DNA of 64,000 nucleotides from a bacterium BMS3Abin11 (GTDB lineage: Bacteria > Pseudomonadota > Gammaproteobacteria > BMS3Bbin11), in assembly GCA_002897635.1 (NCBI GenBank), contig BDTD01000011.1, positions 76,436-140,435 on the forward strand, in the 5' to 3' direction. Under the pieces are notes generated by a model. It was not told the origin of the DNA and did no database searches. It saw only the letters and a list, made by a program, of their open reading frames with translations. Positions 40,446 through 51,800 of the stretch are shown piece after piece. Numbering within the stretch: position 1 is the first letter of the stretch; the number at the start of each line of letters is the position of its first letter. Made by a program: the position numbers and the translations under genes.

Positions 40446-40643
40446 CCAAATAACTTCAATGATTTATGGACACTCATTCTATGAAGTGTAAAGTATACTG
40501 ACAGTTCAGCGGTCCTTGAAGGTCTCAGTAGGGTCGATAGCGGCTGTCTGCGACTGAAGCCTGTGAAAAGCAGTTTCGTGCTGTATGAATTGGCGCTTAC
40601 CGGCCATATGTGGGCATTTAATATCAAGTTATGACAGGAACTC

Positions 40644-41438
40644 CTAACAATTTAATAACTTCAACAAGAAGGTCTTGGCTTTACAAATGAGTGATACGTT
40701 TGAATCAACATACTCTATTTCGACGCCTAATTCTTCAATCACCTGTATTATCAACGATGAATTGATACCCTTTCCTGTTGGTAAGAAATAACTAGTTTCT
40801 TCAATATAACTTTCACCATCCTCAATTTTCACAACCTGCGCTGGCATCAAATGCGTTTCCTGATTAGCAACCATAATTCCTGCAATATAAAAATTCTTGT
40901 TTTGAGTGTGTGCAATTACTGGCGCACCACTAGCACCCTGTAATGCAGGAAATGATGTGTTAAAGCACTGTGTTTTGACTTTTTCCGGATACTCGCTTTC
41001 GATATACCGCATTATGTTACCTTTGTGGGCGAATGGCTCAATTTTAATATGCTTGCCTCCTCCACGCTTTCTTTCAATTGATATTTGACTATATTCATAA
41101 CAGTAAACATCTGCATTAAGAGCAGGCTGCTGCTTAGCAAACTGTAATGGAATAGCACCTTCAATAGGTGCAATTTTGCAAATTGCAATATCATAGTCTT
41201 TGGATGCTACTATTTCCGAGATAGCCCAAATTTCAACACGCTTACCGGAGTTAAAAAGAAATGCATATTTAGCGAATTCATCCCGCTCACCAAGTTCAAA
41301 TATATGTTTGGCTGTGAGAATGTGTAGATTATTACTGGTTCCAATAAAGCAACCTGTTCCTAAAATCTCTTGTATAGGGTCATGTTCCGAGGCAATAACA
41401 ATCGGAACTATTGCTTTTTCTGGCTGAAAAGTATCCAT
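40644..41438 (-). CDS. trypsin-like (S1/chymotrypsin fold) serine peptidase, no signal peptide
   Basis: Catalytic triad context: LTAKH (His), DIAICKI (Asp), GASGAPV (GxSGxP Ser). Confidence 0.75.
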   Translation of the reverse strand: MDTFQPEKAIVPIVIASEHDPIQEILGTGCFIGTSNNLHILTAKHIFELGERDEFAKYAFLFNSGKRVEIWAISEIVASKDYDIAICKIAPIEGAIPLQFAKQQPALNADVYCYEYSQISIERKRGGGKHIKIEPFAHKGNIMRYIESEYPEKVKTQCFNTSFPALQGASGAPVIAHTQNKNFYIAGIMVANQETHLMPAQVVKIEDGESYIEETSYFLPTGKGINSSLIIQVIEELGVEIEYVDSNVSLICKAKTFLLKLLNC

Positions 41439-41454
41439 ATTATCTATTTATCGT

Positions 41455-41580
41455 GAATGATGATTTCGCTGCGTATTCTGCTGAACGTGAACACCTATTC
41501 TGGTGATCGTGAACACCTGGTTATTCCACGTATTGGCTTAGGTTCATTTTACCCTCAAGTGTTCACGATCAGTCAACAAT
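41455..41580. promoter_or_regulatory. promoter/operator region of the peptidase gene with three CGTGAACAC / GTGTTCACG sites
   Basis: On the minus strand, TTGACT...TAAAAT with an inverted GTGTTCACGATC half-site in the spacer, and two direct GTGAACACCT repeats between promoter and start. Confidence 0.45.
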
Positions 41581-42034
41581 TGACTGTAATTTCCGCATAG
41601 ATTCTCCTTTTAGTTTGATTCGATGCAAAACCAACGGGGTCACCCATTAGCCCGCCCCGGTCAATAGGCAAAGTTTAACTCTGCCGATAACAGCATAAAT
41701 CTTCATCTTCATCCATCAACGTTACGCACATCGCATCCGTTATGTCATCGTCTTTGGCATCAGATCGAAACGATCCGCACCAGTCACCCATCTGGATCAA
41801 GGCGAAACCCAAAACTTTTCAGTTCAGCCCCTGGTACCTCGGTACCCCACACAATCTTCGGTACCAAACCGTGTCCAAAAATTAATCACAGAATCGATGG
41901 TTCAGCCTTGGCTGTCCAGACCCAGTACAGCTCACGGTTTGGGCGAAACGTAAATATTGATGGTCGGCTGAGACGTCCAATCAGACTCTATGGTTGTACC
42001 AGACCCCGTTCTGGTTCATCTCAGCCGCCCAAAC

Positions 42035-43045
42035 TTAACCCGGAAACATCCGTCTGGCATCATAGGGTACCTGATGTTTAAGCATCATCCAGGTGGCTCT
42101 TGCCAATTTTCGGGCGACGGCCCGAATGGCAATAATGCCATTTGTCTTGGCCTTTTTTCGTTCATAGAAACGCTGTGCCAATGGCTCAAATCGTACTGCA
42201 AAATGTGCCGCTTCGGAGAAGGCCCAGGAAAGATATTTATTACCCGCTTTGGCATTGCCTTCACCTTTCTTTTTCCCATTACTGGTGCGTGTACTGTCCA
42301 CACAACGGCAATACGATGCAAAGTTGCCCGCACCCGCAAAGCGATGGATATCGCCGGTTTCCAGCATGATGGTCAGGCCGAGTATTTTTCCAATACCGGT
42401 GATTGTTTGTAGTATTTTAAAGACGTCTGTCAACTTCACCGCCTGATGTGCAGACGCCTCCAGAACATCAATTTCTCTCTGGGCGGCCTGATAAACGGCC
42501 AACCCCGCGCATACGGCCTGAAGTGTGTAACCATCCACGTGTGGCGGGACAAACTCAGGTTTGCGTAGTTTCTCCGAGCTAATTCGAATTCCCGTTGATC
42601 GCCATATCTGGCTTTGCACACTAATCAGTTGCGTACTGGCTGTTCTGACCAACGACAGCCTTCGTCGTAGCATGTCTCTAATCGCTCTTTGTTCTTTGGG
42701 GTAGATGTAGCCTGTGGGCAAGATACCCAGTCGCATGAGGTGCGCAAGGTGAAAGGCGTCTTGATGATCACCGCTGTATTTCAGGCCATCGTATTGCTTG
42801 ACTGCTGCCGTATTAACCAGCTGTAGATTGTAGCCCTGTTCTTGTAATCCATCGACTAACCAGTACCAATTGAAAGTCGATTCCACTGCGATCCCGCGCA
42901 AGGTCCTACGGTAAGGACGTAGTGTTTCGAGTGTCAGTGATAAATCATTGTTTAACCGCTTTTCAAACACTCGCTTGTCCTCTTCGTCGATGATAACCAC
43001 AACATGATTATTTGAATGTAAATCAATTCCGCAGTAATGTGACAT
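42035..43045 (-). CDS. IS110 family transposase (DEDD)
   Basis: N-terminal CGIDLH..., central and C-terminal IS110-family motifs (ITGIG...LETGDIHRF...GNKYLSWAF). Confidence 0.85.
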   Translation of the reverse strand: MSHYCGIDLHSNNHVVVIIDEEDKRVFEKRLNNDLSLTLETLRPYRRTLRGIAVESTFNWYWLVDGLQEQGYNLQLVNTAAVKQYDGLKYSGDHQDAFHLAHLMRLGILPTGYIYPKEQRAIRDMLRRRLSLVRTASTQLISVQSQIWRSTGIRISSEKLRKPEFVPPHVDGYTLQAVCAGLAVYQAAQREIDVLEASAHQAVKLTDVFKILQTITGIGKILGLTIMLETGDIHRFAGAGNFASYCRCVDSTRTSNGKKKGEGNAKAGNKYLSWAFSEAAHFAVRFEPLAQRFYERKKAKTNGIIAIRAVARKLARATWMMLKHQVPYDARRMFPG

Positions 43046-43342
43046 GTCAGTCTCCTCTTCGTTTGTGAGCAGCCAGTTTAACAACTGGCTGCGAGGAGGC
43101 TGGCTAGAGGATTATCAGACTCGATTGATCATGAGGAATTAGAATCAATTCGTAATGCCACCAATAATTCCTGGGTGTCTGGTAATGATTATTTCAAAAA
43201 AGAAATTGAACGTTTACTTAATCGTAGAACGGGGCAACTTCCCACTGGTGGTGACAGACGAAGTGAAAAATTTAAGAATCGTCATTGATTCGTTTTCTAT
43301 CGAGTCTGACCCCGTTGGTTTGGACCCCGTTGGTTTGGAGTG

Positions 43343-43873
43343 TTATATTACTTCCCAAGCCTTCAACTCAACCTCAATAGCATTGATGTACTTTAAACAA
43401 TCGTTTTTCTCGACAAGAATTGCACCATGAGCTAGGTCATTTCGAGCCTCTCGACCCTTATCAAGTGTATTGTAATCCTGCCATGTGAGAGTAATTTTTG
43501 AAACTTTCATCATGTAACCCAACTTATCACTTTTCTTGGCAATAACTTCTTCATTTTGTAGTTGGGATAACACCTGACCCAGAACAGAATAGGCGAGAAT
43601 AAGTAGGAGATTATATGACTCTTCAGGACGATCCTCATACATAATCATGCCACCTGCTAAATATAGTTTTGAACTTATCCTACTCTCAAGTTCACGAACC
43701 ACTGCCCAATCTTGGCCAATAGTTCTCTTTATTTTCTTATCTCTTATCACGAATCGTAGTAGGCGTTTAATAACGGGCTTAGGAGGAGCTATGAGGACTT
43801 CTTTCTTCGGGCAAATCCCAGAGACCAGCAAGGCCAATGCCGAATAGTGCAAGGGTCGCGGGTTCGGGGACAA
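43343..43873 (-). CDS. hypothetical protein, possible HEPN-like (Rx4H) domain. Start uncertain.
   Basis: C-terminal region has an R-N-D-L-A-H (Rx4H) motif. The track ORF overlaps the upstream PEP-CTERM gene by 95 nt, so the true start is probably internal. Confidence 0.35.
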   Translation of the reverse strand: MSPNPRPLHYSALALLVSGICPKKEVLIAPPKPVIKRLLRFVIRDKKIKRTIGQDWAVVRELESRISSKLYLAGGMIMYEDRPEESYNLLLILAYSVLGQVLSQLQNEEVIAKKSDKLGYMMKVSKITLTWQDYNTLDKGREARNDLAHGAILVEKNDCLKYINAIEVELKAWEVI

Positions 43874-44474
43874 CCTCTATACTATCAATTGTGCCACTGA
43901 GTTGAAGACTGTTCCTAAAAGAACCAAACAACAATCTGTATGAATACAGGGAAGCATCAAAAGGAACAAAATCTGGAAGGCCTATCCCGTCTAGCTCATC
44001 AGAACCCAATACCGCAGCAAAAGCCGTGGTCACCCAAATATCATCTAAGCTGCCCGTGCTTGGTGAAAAACCACCAAACTTCACAACACTATAGGCCTCT
44101 TCGCGATAGAAGGGAGATGTCGGTAGTACATCACGAACTTGAATATACCCCAGACTTAGACTCGACCATGAAAAATTCCCCACCGATAAATCAAACTCAT
44201 TTACCACATAATAGCGACCATAAGCCAAATTGTCAGGAAGCACATCCACTGGATTCGTTGTGTCATAAGTATATCTGCCAAATATTCTGTCTCATAAGCT
44301 GAAGCTAGATTCTAGGCCAGACTCTATAAATGATGCTGCGCCCCTGAACTCTACTGCTATCAGATTGGCCATGCTAGGAGTAGACAGTATCAGGGCAAAT
44401 AAGCCCGCGATATTCTGAGGCCGAAGATGCCCTATAGCTAATTTTTTAATTATAATTGTATTCCAATATTTCAT
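43779..44474 (-). pseudogene. PEP-CTERM protein gene with at least two frameshifts
   Basis: Signal-peptide exon (44292..44474) is out of frame with the body (43779..44249). The C-terminal VVPEPATLALFGIGLAGL is followed by a CT insertion that replaces GFARRKKSS* with WDLPEERSPHSSS*. Confidence 0.55.
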
Positions 44475-44580
44475 TATGGAGCCTCTGATTATGGAGCCTC
44501 TGATTAATAATTCTTTGTATCTTAGACCGTGTCTTTACTATTGAGTGAGCCTGAACAGTGGCCTTCCGACTAATACAAAA

Positions 44581-44595
44581 GCAACATCCATGCCA
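44581..44595 (-). promoter_or_regulatory. sigma-54 (-24/-12) promoter TGGCAT-N5-TTGC
   Basis: Minus-strand TGGCATGGATGTTGC, about 105 bp upstream of the signal-peptide fragment. Confidence 0.55.
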
Positions 44596-44759
44596 CTATG
44601 CAATTACAATGACTTACGACACATAATGCTAAGTAGTAATACTTTGTCCGTAAAATATTCTGACACTTTTATTGAATATACTACGAAGCCGATCAATTTG
44701 CGCTGTTAGATGAGTTCAGCGATTCCTAGAAGTCTCTTGTGGGTCGACAGCAGTCAATT

Positions 44760-45065
44760 CAGGACACCGGTTTTGACTTCCTTTCCCCTTTTGTGTCGTC
44801 GAGCACTGGAAGGCTGGGCCGGATAAGCGCGGTGCCTGTCTGAGGGCGAAGCCCGAGTTCACCGTGCCCGGTCCAGACTGAAGCGCGCAGAGCAGCCGTA
44901 GGCCAACACATCGGGGCGGCTTTTCTTTGGTTCCGTTTCTTTTGTCCGTAGAAAAGAAATGAACTCGTCCATGAAGGACGAAAAACGAGCATTAATTCAA
45001 GTTGAGAACAAAAAAGTACTCAGAAAGCTAAGAGAAAACCCAGGCCGTGCGCCAGCACAAAAGAA
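44760..45065 (-). repeat. ~290 bp structured non-coding repeat, copy 3 (inverted)
   Basis: Its reverse complement aligns with copies 1 and 2. It abuts the pmbA stop. Confidence 0.75.
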
Positions 45066-45074
45066 AAAACAACC

Positions 45075-46442
45075 CTACTCCCCCGCTACTGTTATCTGCT
45101 CAAGCAAAATAGACCCGGTAATGATATTGCCGCGTTTATCCAGGTCATTACCAATTTCAACAAAATTCTGAAACATATCCAGCAGATTACCCGCCACGGT
45201 AACCTCACTCACCGGATACTGGATCTCGCCATTCTCCACCCAGAATCCGGCCGCACCACGGGAATAATCGCCGGTGACATTATTGATGCCAAAACCTATC
45301 AACTCGGTCACGAACAACCCGGTGTCCATCTGCTTCAATAGAGCCGACAGGTCTTTATCGCCGTGTTTTATCATCAGGTTATGCACACCACCGGCATTTC
45401 CTGTCGTCAGCAGACCCAGTTTACGGGCGGAATAGCTGCTGAGGACATAGTCCATCAGTATGCCATCTTTGATTATTGATCTTTGTTTTGTTGCCACCCC
45501 TTCATTGTCAAAGGCAGCTGAGCCCAGGGCCTTAGGAATATGTGGATTTTCCGATATGTTGATGTGTTCAGGAAAAATCTTTTTGCCTTTATGATCCAGT
45601 AGAAAGGACGATTTTCGATACAGGGCTCCGCCACTGATGGCTGAGATCAGATGAGACAATAAGCTGCCCGCCACCTGTGCTTCGTAGATGACCGGAGTCT
45701 TGCAGGTGGCGATTTTTCGGGAACCCAGGCGATCCAGTGCACGCTGGCCTGCGATTCTGCCGACTTCCTCTGCAGACTGCATTTCGGTGCGGTCACGGGC
45801 CTCGCTGTACCAGTAGTCACGTTCCATCTCCTCGCCTTCACTGGCAATAACCGAACAGCTGAGGGAGTGGCGACTACCGTAGCGCATGCCATTAAAGCCA
45901 TGTGTATTGGCATAAATCCCTACCCCTTCATGGCTGCTAACCGTCGCACCTTCTGAATTACTGATGGCATCACCCATCTGGCGGGCGACTTCTTCACACT
46001 GCAGAGCAAGGTCACGTGCCGTGCCCGTATCCGGGTTCCACGGATACCAGAGATCAAGCTCGGGAAATTCTGTCGCCATCCGGTCAGCATCTGCCAGCCC
46101 GCCGCAGTCATCCTCTGCGGTTAATTTTGCGATACTGCATGCCGCATCGACGGTATGCCGGATACCGTCAGCAGTCATATCAGAGGTACTGGCCGAGCCG
46201 CTTTTTTTACCGAAGAAGACTGTCAATGACAAAGATTTATCACGATTATGTTCAATGGTTTCTATTTCGCCCAGGCGCACTGTCAACGAGGAACCCTGTG
46301 ACAGACTCGCGTCGACCTCGGCACTGCTGGCACCACTGTGGCTCGCGGCAGCCAGTACCTGCTCGACCACATCCTGCAGGGGATCAGCAATGTCCTGAAT
46401 ATCTGGCTCCATTTTCTGCTGCAGGTATTTTGCGGTACTCAT
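45075..46442 (-). CDS. pmbA: metalloprotease PmbA (TldE)
   Basis: PmbA/TldD family with a C-terminal conserved region. Start overlaps the tldD stop (ATGA). Confidence 0.85.
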   Translation of the reverse strand: MSTAKYLQQKMEPDIQDIADPLQDVVEQVLAAASHSGASSAEVDASLSQGSSLTVRLGEIETIEHNRDKSLSLTVFFGKKSGSASTSDMTADGIRHTVDAACSIAKLTAEDDCGGLADADRMATEFPELDLWYPWNPDTGTARDLALQCEEVARQMGDAISNSEGATVSSHEGVGIYANTHGFNGMRYGSRHSLSCSVIASEGEEMERDYWYSEARDRTEMQSAEEVGRIAGQRALDRLGSRKIATCKTPVIYEAQVAGSLLSHLISAISGGALYRKSSFLLDHKGKKIFPEHINISENPHIPKALGSAAFDNEGVATKQRSIIKDGILMDYVLSSYSARKLGLLTTGNAGGVHNLMIKHGDKDLSALLKQMDTGLFVTELIGFGINNVTGDYSRGAAGFWVENGEIQYPVSEVTVAGNLLDMFQNFVEIGNDLDKRGNIITGSILLEQITVAGE

Positions 46443-47884
46443 ACCTCGGTACCTCCTACTGTCAGCTCATCAATTTTTAATGTCGGTTGACCGACACCGA
46501 CTGGAACACTTTGTCCATCCTTGCCACAAACGCCGACACCGTGATCCAGTTCCAGGTCATTACCGACCATTGAAACCTGCGTCAGCACTTCCGGGCCGCT
46601 GCCAATCAACGTGGCGCCCTTGACCGGATAGGTGATTTTACCATTTTCTATCATATAGGCTTCAGAGCTGGTGAAGACAAACTTGCCGGATGTGATGTCC
46701 ACCTGCCCGCCGCCAAAATTGACGGCATATAAACCTTTGTCCACCGAGGCGATAATCTCTTCAGGATCTGATTTGCCTGCCAGCATATAGGTATTGGTCA
46801 TGCGCGGCATCGGTAAACAGGAATAGGATTCGCGTCGGCCATTTCCAGTCGCTGCCACACCCATCAGGCGCGCATTCATCTTGTCCTGCATATAGCCTTT
46901 AAGAATACCGTTTTCGATCAGTACCGTATTCTGTCCGGCTGTCCCTTCATCATCAATAGAAAGAGAGCCGCGCCTTTCTGGCAGCGTAGCATCATCAACC
47001 ACCGTACACAGTTCAGAGGCCACCTTCTCACCGACACGTCCGGAAAAGGCAGAGGTTCCTTTACGGTTGAAATCTCCCTCCAGACCATGGCCTATCGCTT
47101 CATGCAGCAAAATCCCCGGCCAGCCATGACCGAGTACAACAGGCATCATACCGGCAGGGGGTGCCTTAGCTTCCAGTTTGATCAATGCCTGTTGCACTGC
47201 ATCCCTGGCATATTGCAGCGCTCTGTCTGAATCGGTAAAGACAGTCAGACCAAAGCGGCCACCACCACCTGCCGATCCCTGTTCACGACTACCCCTGTCA
47301 TCGACAATAACGGTAACGCTAAGCCTCACCATGGGGCGTATATCGGCGGCCAACGTACCATCACTGGCTGCAATGAGGACAATATCCTGCACCGAGGATA
47401 AACTGGCCATCACCTGAGAAACTCGCGTATCCTGTTTGCGGGCTTCGGCTTCTACTCGCTCCAGCAGATCGACTTTGGACTGATCTGCCAGTGTGCCAAT
47501 TGGATCGATAGCTGCGTATAGCGCACGATTTGATTCACCTTTCAAAGCTATCGCAACCTGTTTGTTTTCACCGCCGGATGCGATTGCCTTTGCCGTATTC
47601 GCCGCCTGCTCCAGTGCCGGTAACGCCAGCTCATCAGAATAAGCAAAGCCGGTCTTCTCTCCACTAATGGCGCGAATTCCAACACCCTGATCAATATTAT
47701 GACTGCCAGACTTTACCTTCCCTTCTTCCAGATTCCAGCTTTCGTGGCGGCTGTATTCAAAATAAATATCGGCATAATCGATCTGATTACTCAACAACTG
47801 GGACATCAGCATGTCCAGATCCTGATTACCGAGTGCAGTGGGTTCCAGCAAACGCTGGCGCGCCAACTCCATGATTTCTGACAT
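46439..47884 (-). CDS. tldD: metalloprotease TldD
   Basis: HExxxH-containing region [11 protein letters not shown] and a conserved TldD C-terminus. Length is 481 aa. Confidence 0.9.
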   Translation of the reverse strand: MSEIMELARQRLLEPTALGNQDLDMLMSQLLSNQIDYADIYFEYSRHESWNLEEGKVKSGSHNIDQGVGIRAISGEKTGFAYSDELALPALEQAANTAKAIASGGENKQVAIALKGESNRALYAAIDPIGTLADQSKVDLLERVEAEARKQDTRVSQVMASLSSVQDIVLIAASDGTLAADIRPMVRLSVTVIVDDRGSREQGSAGGGGRFGLTVFTDSDRALQYARDAVQQALIKLEAKAPPAGMMPVVLGHGWPGILLHEAIGHGLEGDFNRKGTSAFSGRVGEKVASELCTVVDDATLPERRGSLSIDDEGTAGQNTVLIENGILKGYMQDKMNARLMGVAATGNGRRESYSCLPMPRMTNTYMLAGKSDPEEIIASVDKGLYAVNFGGGQVDITSGKFVFTSSEAYMIENGKITYPVKGATLIGSGPEVLTQVSMVGNDLELDHGVGVCGKDGQSVPVGVGQPTLKIDELTVGGTEV

Positions 47885-48005
47885 ATATATTTCCTTGATA
47901 GGGTCTGCCAGAGTTAGTGAAGGCAGGTAAGAGGGTTATTACGCTATAAATGGGGTCAAAGATTTTGTTTTCACATAAAACATAACACGTAAAACCTTCT
48001 TCTAA

Positions 48006-48818
48006 TCAACATTTCAAGCGCCGATGCTTAAGGGAAGGCAGGTTTTTTCGAATATCACCTAATAGATCGAGGTCAATTTCAGATAGCACGATACCCGGCC
48101 CGCGGGAAAGACGGTTGGCTACCCGGCCCCAGGGATCTACGATCATTGAATCACCATAGGTTTCTCTGCCGTTTGCATGAAACCCCCCCTGTGCAGCTGC
48201 CAGCATATAAGCCTGATTCTCGATTGCACGTGCCCGCACTAGTACCTCCCAATGCACGCTGCCGGTAATCGCAGTAAATGAGGACGGCACAGCCAGTATC
48301 TGGACACCCTCCTGTGACAGTTGCCGAAATAATTCAGGAAAGCGCAGGTCGTAGCAGATAGCCAGACCAAGTCGGCCAAAAGGTGTATCGACGACTACCG
48401 GATCACTGCCGGCTTCTATCGTAGCAGACTCTGTATAGGCCTCAGAATTATTCAGTTCTACATCAAATAAATGTATCTTGTCATAGCGTGCAACCCGCTC
48501 CCCCTGGTCATTGAAGACCAGACAGGCGCTACGGCATTTATCTGCAGACTCTGATGCCAATGGCACGGTGCCACCGACCAGCCAGATTTTATGCCGGCGT
48601 GCGGCTTCAGCAAGAAAATTCTGGATGTGCCCATCACCAGCCTGCTCTGCTTCAGCAAGACGGTCGGAATCTTGCATCGGCATCAGGCAAAAGTTTTCCG
48701 GCAGAACTATCAGTTGCGCCCCGGAATCAGCTGCCTGTGTTATCAGCCTTCCCGCCTCAAAGAGATTTGCGGCTACGTCCGGCCCTGATGTCATTTGTAT
48801 TGCTGCAACTTCAGTCAT
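48006..48818 (-). CDS. carbon-nitrogen hydrolase (nitrilase superfamily) protein
   Basis: Catalytic E-K-C context: LIVLPE (Glu), ...YDKIHLFD (Lys) and GLAICYD (Cys). Confidence 0.85.
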   Translation of the reverse strand: MTEVAAIQMTSGPDVAANLFEAGRLITQAADSGAQLIVLPENFCLMPMQDSDRLAEAEQAGDGHIQNFLAEAARRHKIWLVGGTVPLASESADKCRSACLVFNDQGERVARYDKIHLFDVELNNSEAYTESATIEAGSDPVVVDTPFGRLGLAICYDLRFPELFRQLSQEGVQILAVPSSFTAITGSVHWEVLVRARAIENQAYMLAAAQGGFHANGRETYGDSMIVDPWGRVANRLSRGPGIVLSEIDLDLLGDIRKNLPSLKHRRLKC

Positions 48819-48871
48819 GCTTTTTCCTTAATAAAGATGCCCTAATTATCAGCTTTCTAATTTACACTAAA

Positions 48872-51800
48872 TCAGCCACCGGGAGCAGTGTCATCCACCG
48901 AGTTTTCCGTGTCATCACTGGCATTAGTAGTCTGTATTTTTTTAACCAACGGGTTACCCCAGGAACCACTGATAGTGTATTGATAGTTAGTAGATTTTTC
49001 TATCTGATTCTTTATTGCCTTTGATGCAAGATATGTCGCTACCCCGCCCGCAGGCCCACCGAGGACATAACCGGCGATCGCGAGGTTTCCACCTAATGCA
49101 GGTAATATGGACATCTTCATATCGACATTCTCTTTTACCAGTCCCAGTTGACCTTCAAGTTTGATGGTGGCTGAAGGGCCAGACACGATCAATTTTGATA
49201 TGTCGGCAATACCCTGATTTATTGAGACATCAGCATCTATAGAATCAAAAGCAAAACCTTCTTTGGACAGATCACTGAAATCCAGTTGTAGGCGACGGCG
49301 CAGGCTGTCAATATTGAATACACCGAGCAATCTCCCTGCACCTACCTCTACACCTGACAAACGTCCCCTGTCTGAATGGATTTCTAGATTGCCATTAAGA
49401 ATTCCCAGTCTGTAATCATAAGGTGCGCCCTTCCAGGAAACATTACCAGTAGTACGAAATATCTTACTTTCAAAATCAAGATTTAAATCAAGTGCTATAA
49501 GCGTTGCCAGCATATCGGTACTGGTAAAATCTACATCAAAGCTTGATGTTTGGTTATTATTACGGCCGCGCCAGCGCCCATTTGCCTTCAACCTCATCTC
49601 TGGGCGGTCAAGTTTCAGTAACTGTAACTCCCATTCATAATCCGTTGCCTCCCCAATTAAAGTTAATCTACCAAGATTCATTTTATGGAAAACCAGATTC
49701 TCGATAGCAACGTCCAGCGAGGGGAAATCTACCGGATCCAGAGTCGGCTCAGTGGTAGTTTGTTTTTCCACAGCTTCATTCCAGATCAACTTTTCCAGTC
49801 GCATATTTACCCATCTTGATGAACTATCAAGCTTAAATCCAACGTCACCTTTTATTCGCTCACCATCTACTTTACCCTCCCAGCTACCATCCTTCTGACG
49901 GTCAAATATGACGTCTACATCCGCCATATCAACCTTTGAATAATAGACTCTGTCAATTTTTCCTGACATCTGCGTGACCACTGCTGGAATGCCTTCGTCA
50001 CCTTCCTGTCTCTTTATATAGTTATCCCATGGATCGAGATCCAGCTTAGCTTGCTCAACGGCTACAGTGAGACCTTTTCTATCAGTACAGCTTGCCTTAT
50101 TTCTGCCAACAAGCAGACATCCACCAGTTAACGCCATGACCTGTTCTTCATCAGAAAAGAACAGGTTGCCGTTGACGAATGACGGCATGGAAAAAGTAAC
50201 ATTAGTCTTTTTATCGGGCAGGAAGCTGACATCAAGTTGTAGTGGTAATTTTTCTTTGCTTTGTTTTGCCAGCGGGTAAGGAAAAAGAGAAGCAAGCCCT
50301 TTGAGATCAGAGCTCACCTTAAGACTGATTTTGTCCTCATCAAATCTCATCTTCCCCTGCCAGACCGCCTTGCCTTTGAGCTCCTTTGCTATCCATTCTC
50401 CAAGCAATGGCCCAAGATAGCTAGCATATGCCTCGCCTTTAGCGTCAACCTCAACCACTGGCGGCTGACCTTCCTTAAGTGTTTTCACACTGAAGGATAA
50501 GGGGCCACCCAGTTGTTTCCCCTGCAGGCTCGGTGATGACAATGACCGCTCGGTGAAATCAAGTTTGCCTTTAAGTTGTGTGATCCATGAATCATCTGGC
50601 AACTGCAATGAGGCATTAATTGTTTTGTATTCACCTTTAACATGCGTGTCAACCGTATTTGCAAGTGGGATGGAGAGATCAAGATTCATCTTCCCATGCC
50701 CCTTACCCGCAAGGTTTAATTTCCGAAAAGTAGAATTACGAAACAATGGGCCATTTTGCAGAAAATCAATTACCTTACCAAGATCACCGTGCAAGACCGT
50801 ACTGACATCGACGACCTGTTTACCGGATTCAGCAAGGTGCGATAAATGTACGATACTCTTCTCCAGCTTCTGGCCATATAAATCTCGTGCGTAGCCATTC
50901 ACCCACAGATCGTTTTTGCTGATCACCAGGTCAGCATCTACGCCTGTCAGCCGTGGCCACCCCGGAGCAAAATACATACTGCCAGCGCCAATGTTGGCTA
51001 CCACATTGAAGCTCCTGGCCCCGGCAACTGGAAATCCTTTTACAGTTCCATCATAGTCCAGTTTTGCTGTATTCAGACGGCCACGAAACCGTGTTCCCTC
51101 AAACCATTGCCGGATACCCGGCTTCATCAGCAGAACAGGAAAATAGTGATCTGCTTTCGACAAATTACCGCCTGTGAGGTCAACATTTAGTTTTAGTAAC
51201 GGCGGCAGTGAGCGATCAATCGGAATAGTCGCAATAAAGCTAGCTACAGCCTCAGCGTCTTTATTCTTCATCCAGATACGGTTACCTTCCACCTGCCAGG
51301 ATTCTTTTTCTTTTTTCCAGTTTACGCTCGCCTGTAGATCATCCATCCTGAGTGGGTGTTCATATACCCTGTCAAGTACAATGCGCGATTTCATTCCCTC
51401 TGCTACAACACTGCCGCCTTTTTTAGTAACACTAATATTAGCCTGCAGGCCAGTTACAGAAGGGTACATCTGATATGCATTTATGGTCGTCTCACTGACA
51501 GACATTTTGTACAGAAAATCACTGGGCTTCTTAATTGGCCCATACAATGTGAGGCTAATATCACTTGCATTTCCCGATGGATAGAGTGATTTTACCAGCT
51601 GCACAATCTTATTTTTACTAGTTAGTGCGTCCAGTACAGGATGCAGATCGGCAAGCTTAAGCTTACTGACATGCAGGGATGATTCACCCTCGCTATAGGA
51701 CACCTGTATACGACCTGTCGGCCAGGGCTTGCCTGCTACTGCAAATAATGTATTTTCAAGTGTCAATAACCATGACTCACCAGAATTCTCAAAATTGATA

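Noticed and set aside
43155-43430. 91 aa plus-strand ORF and the ...NDYFKKEIERLLNRRTGQLPTGGDRRSEKFKNRH* fragment between IS110 and the HEPN-like ORF
   Set aside because: No start context or domain. It possibly represents the remains of the gene disrupted by IS110, but is too short to call.
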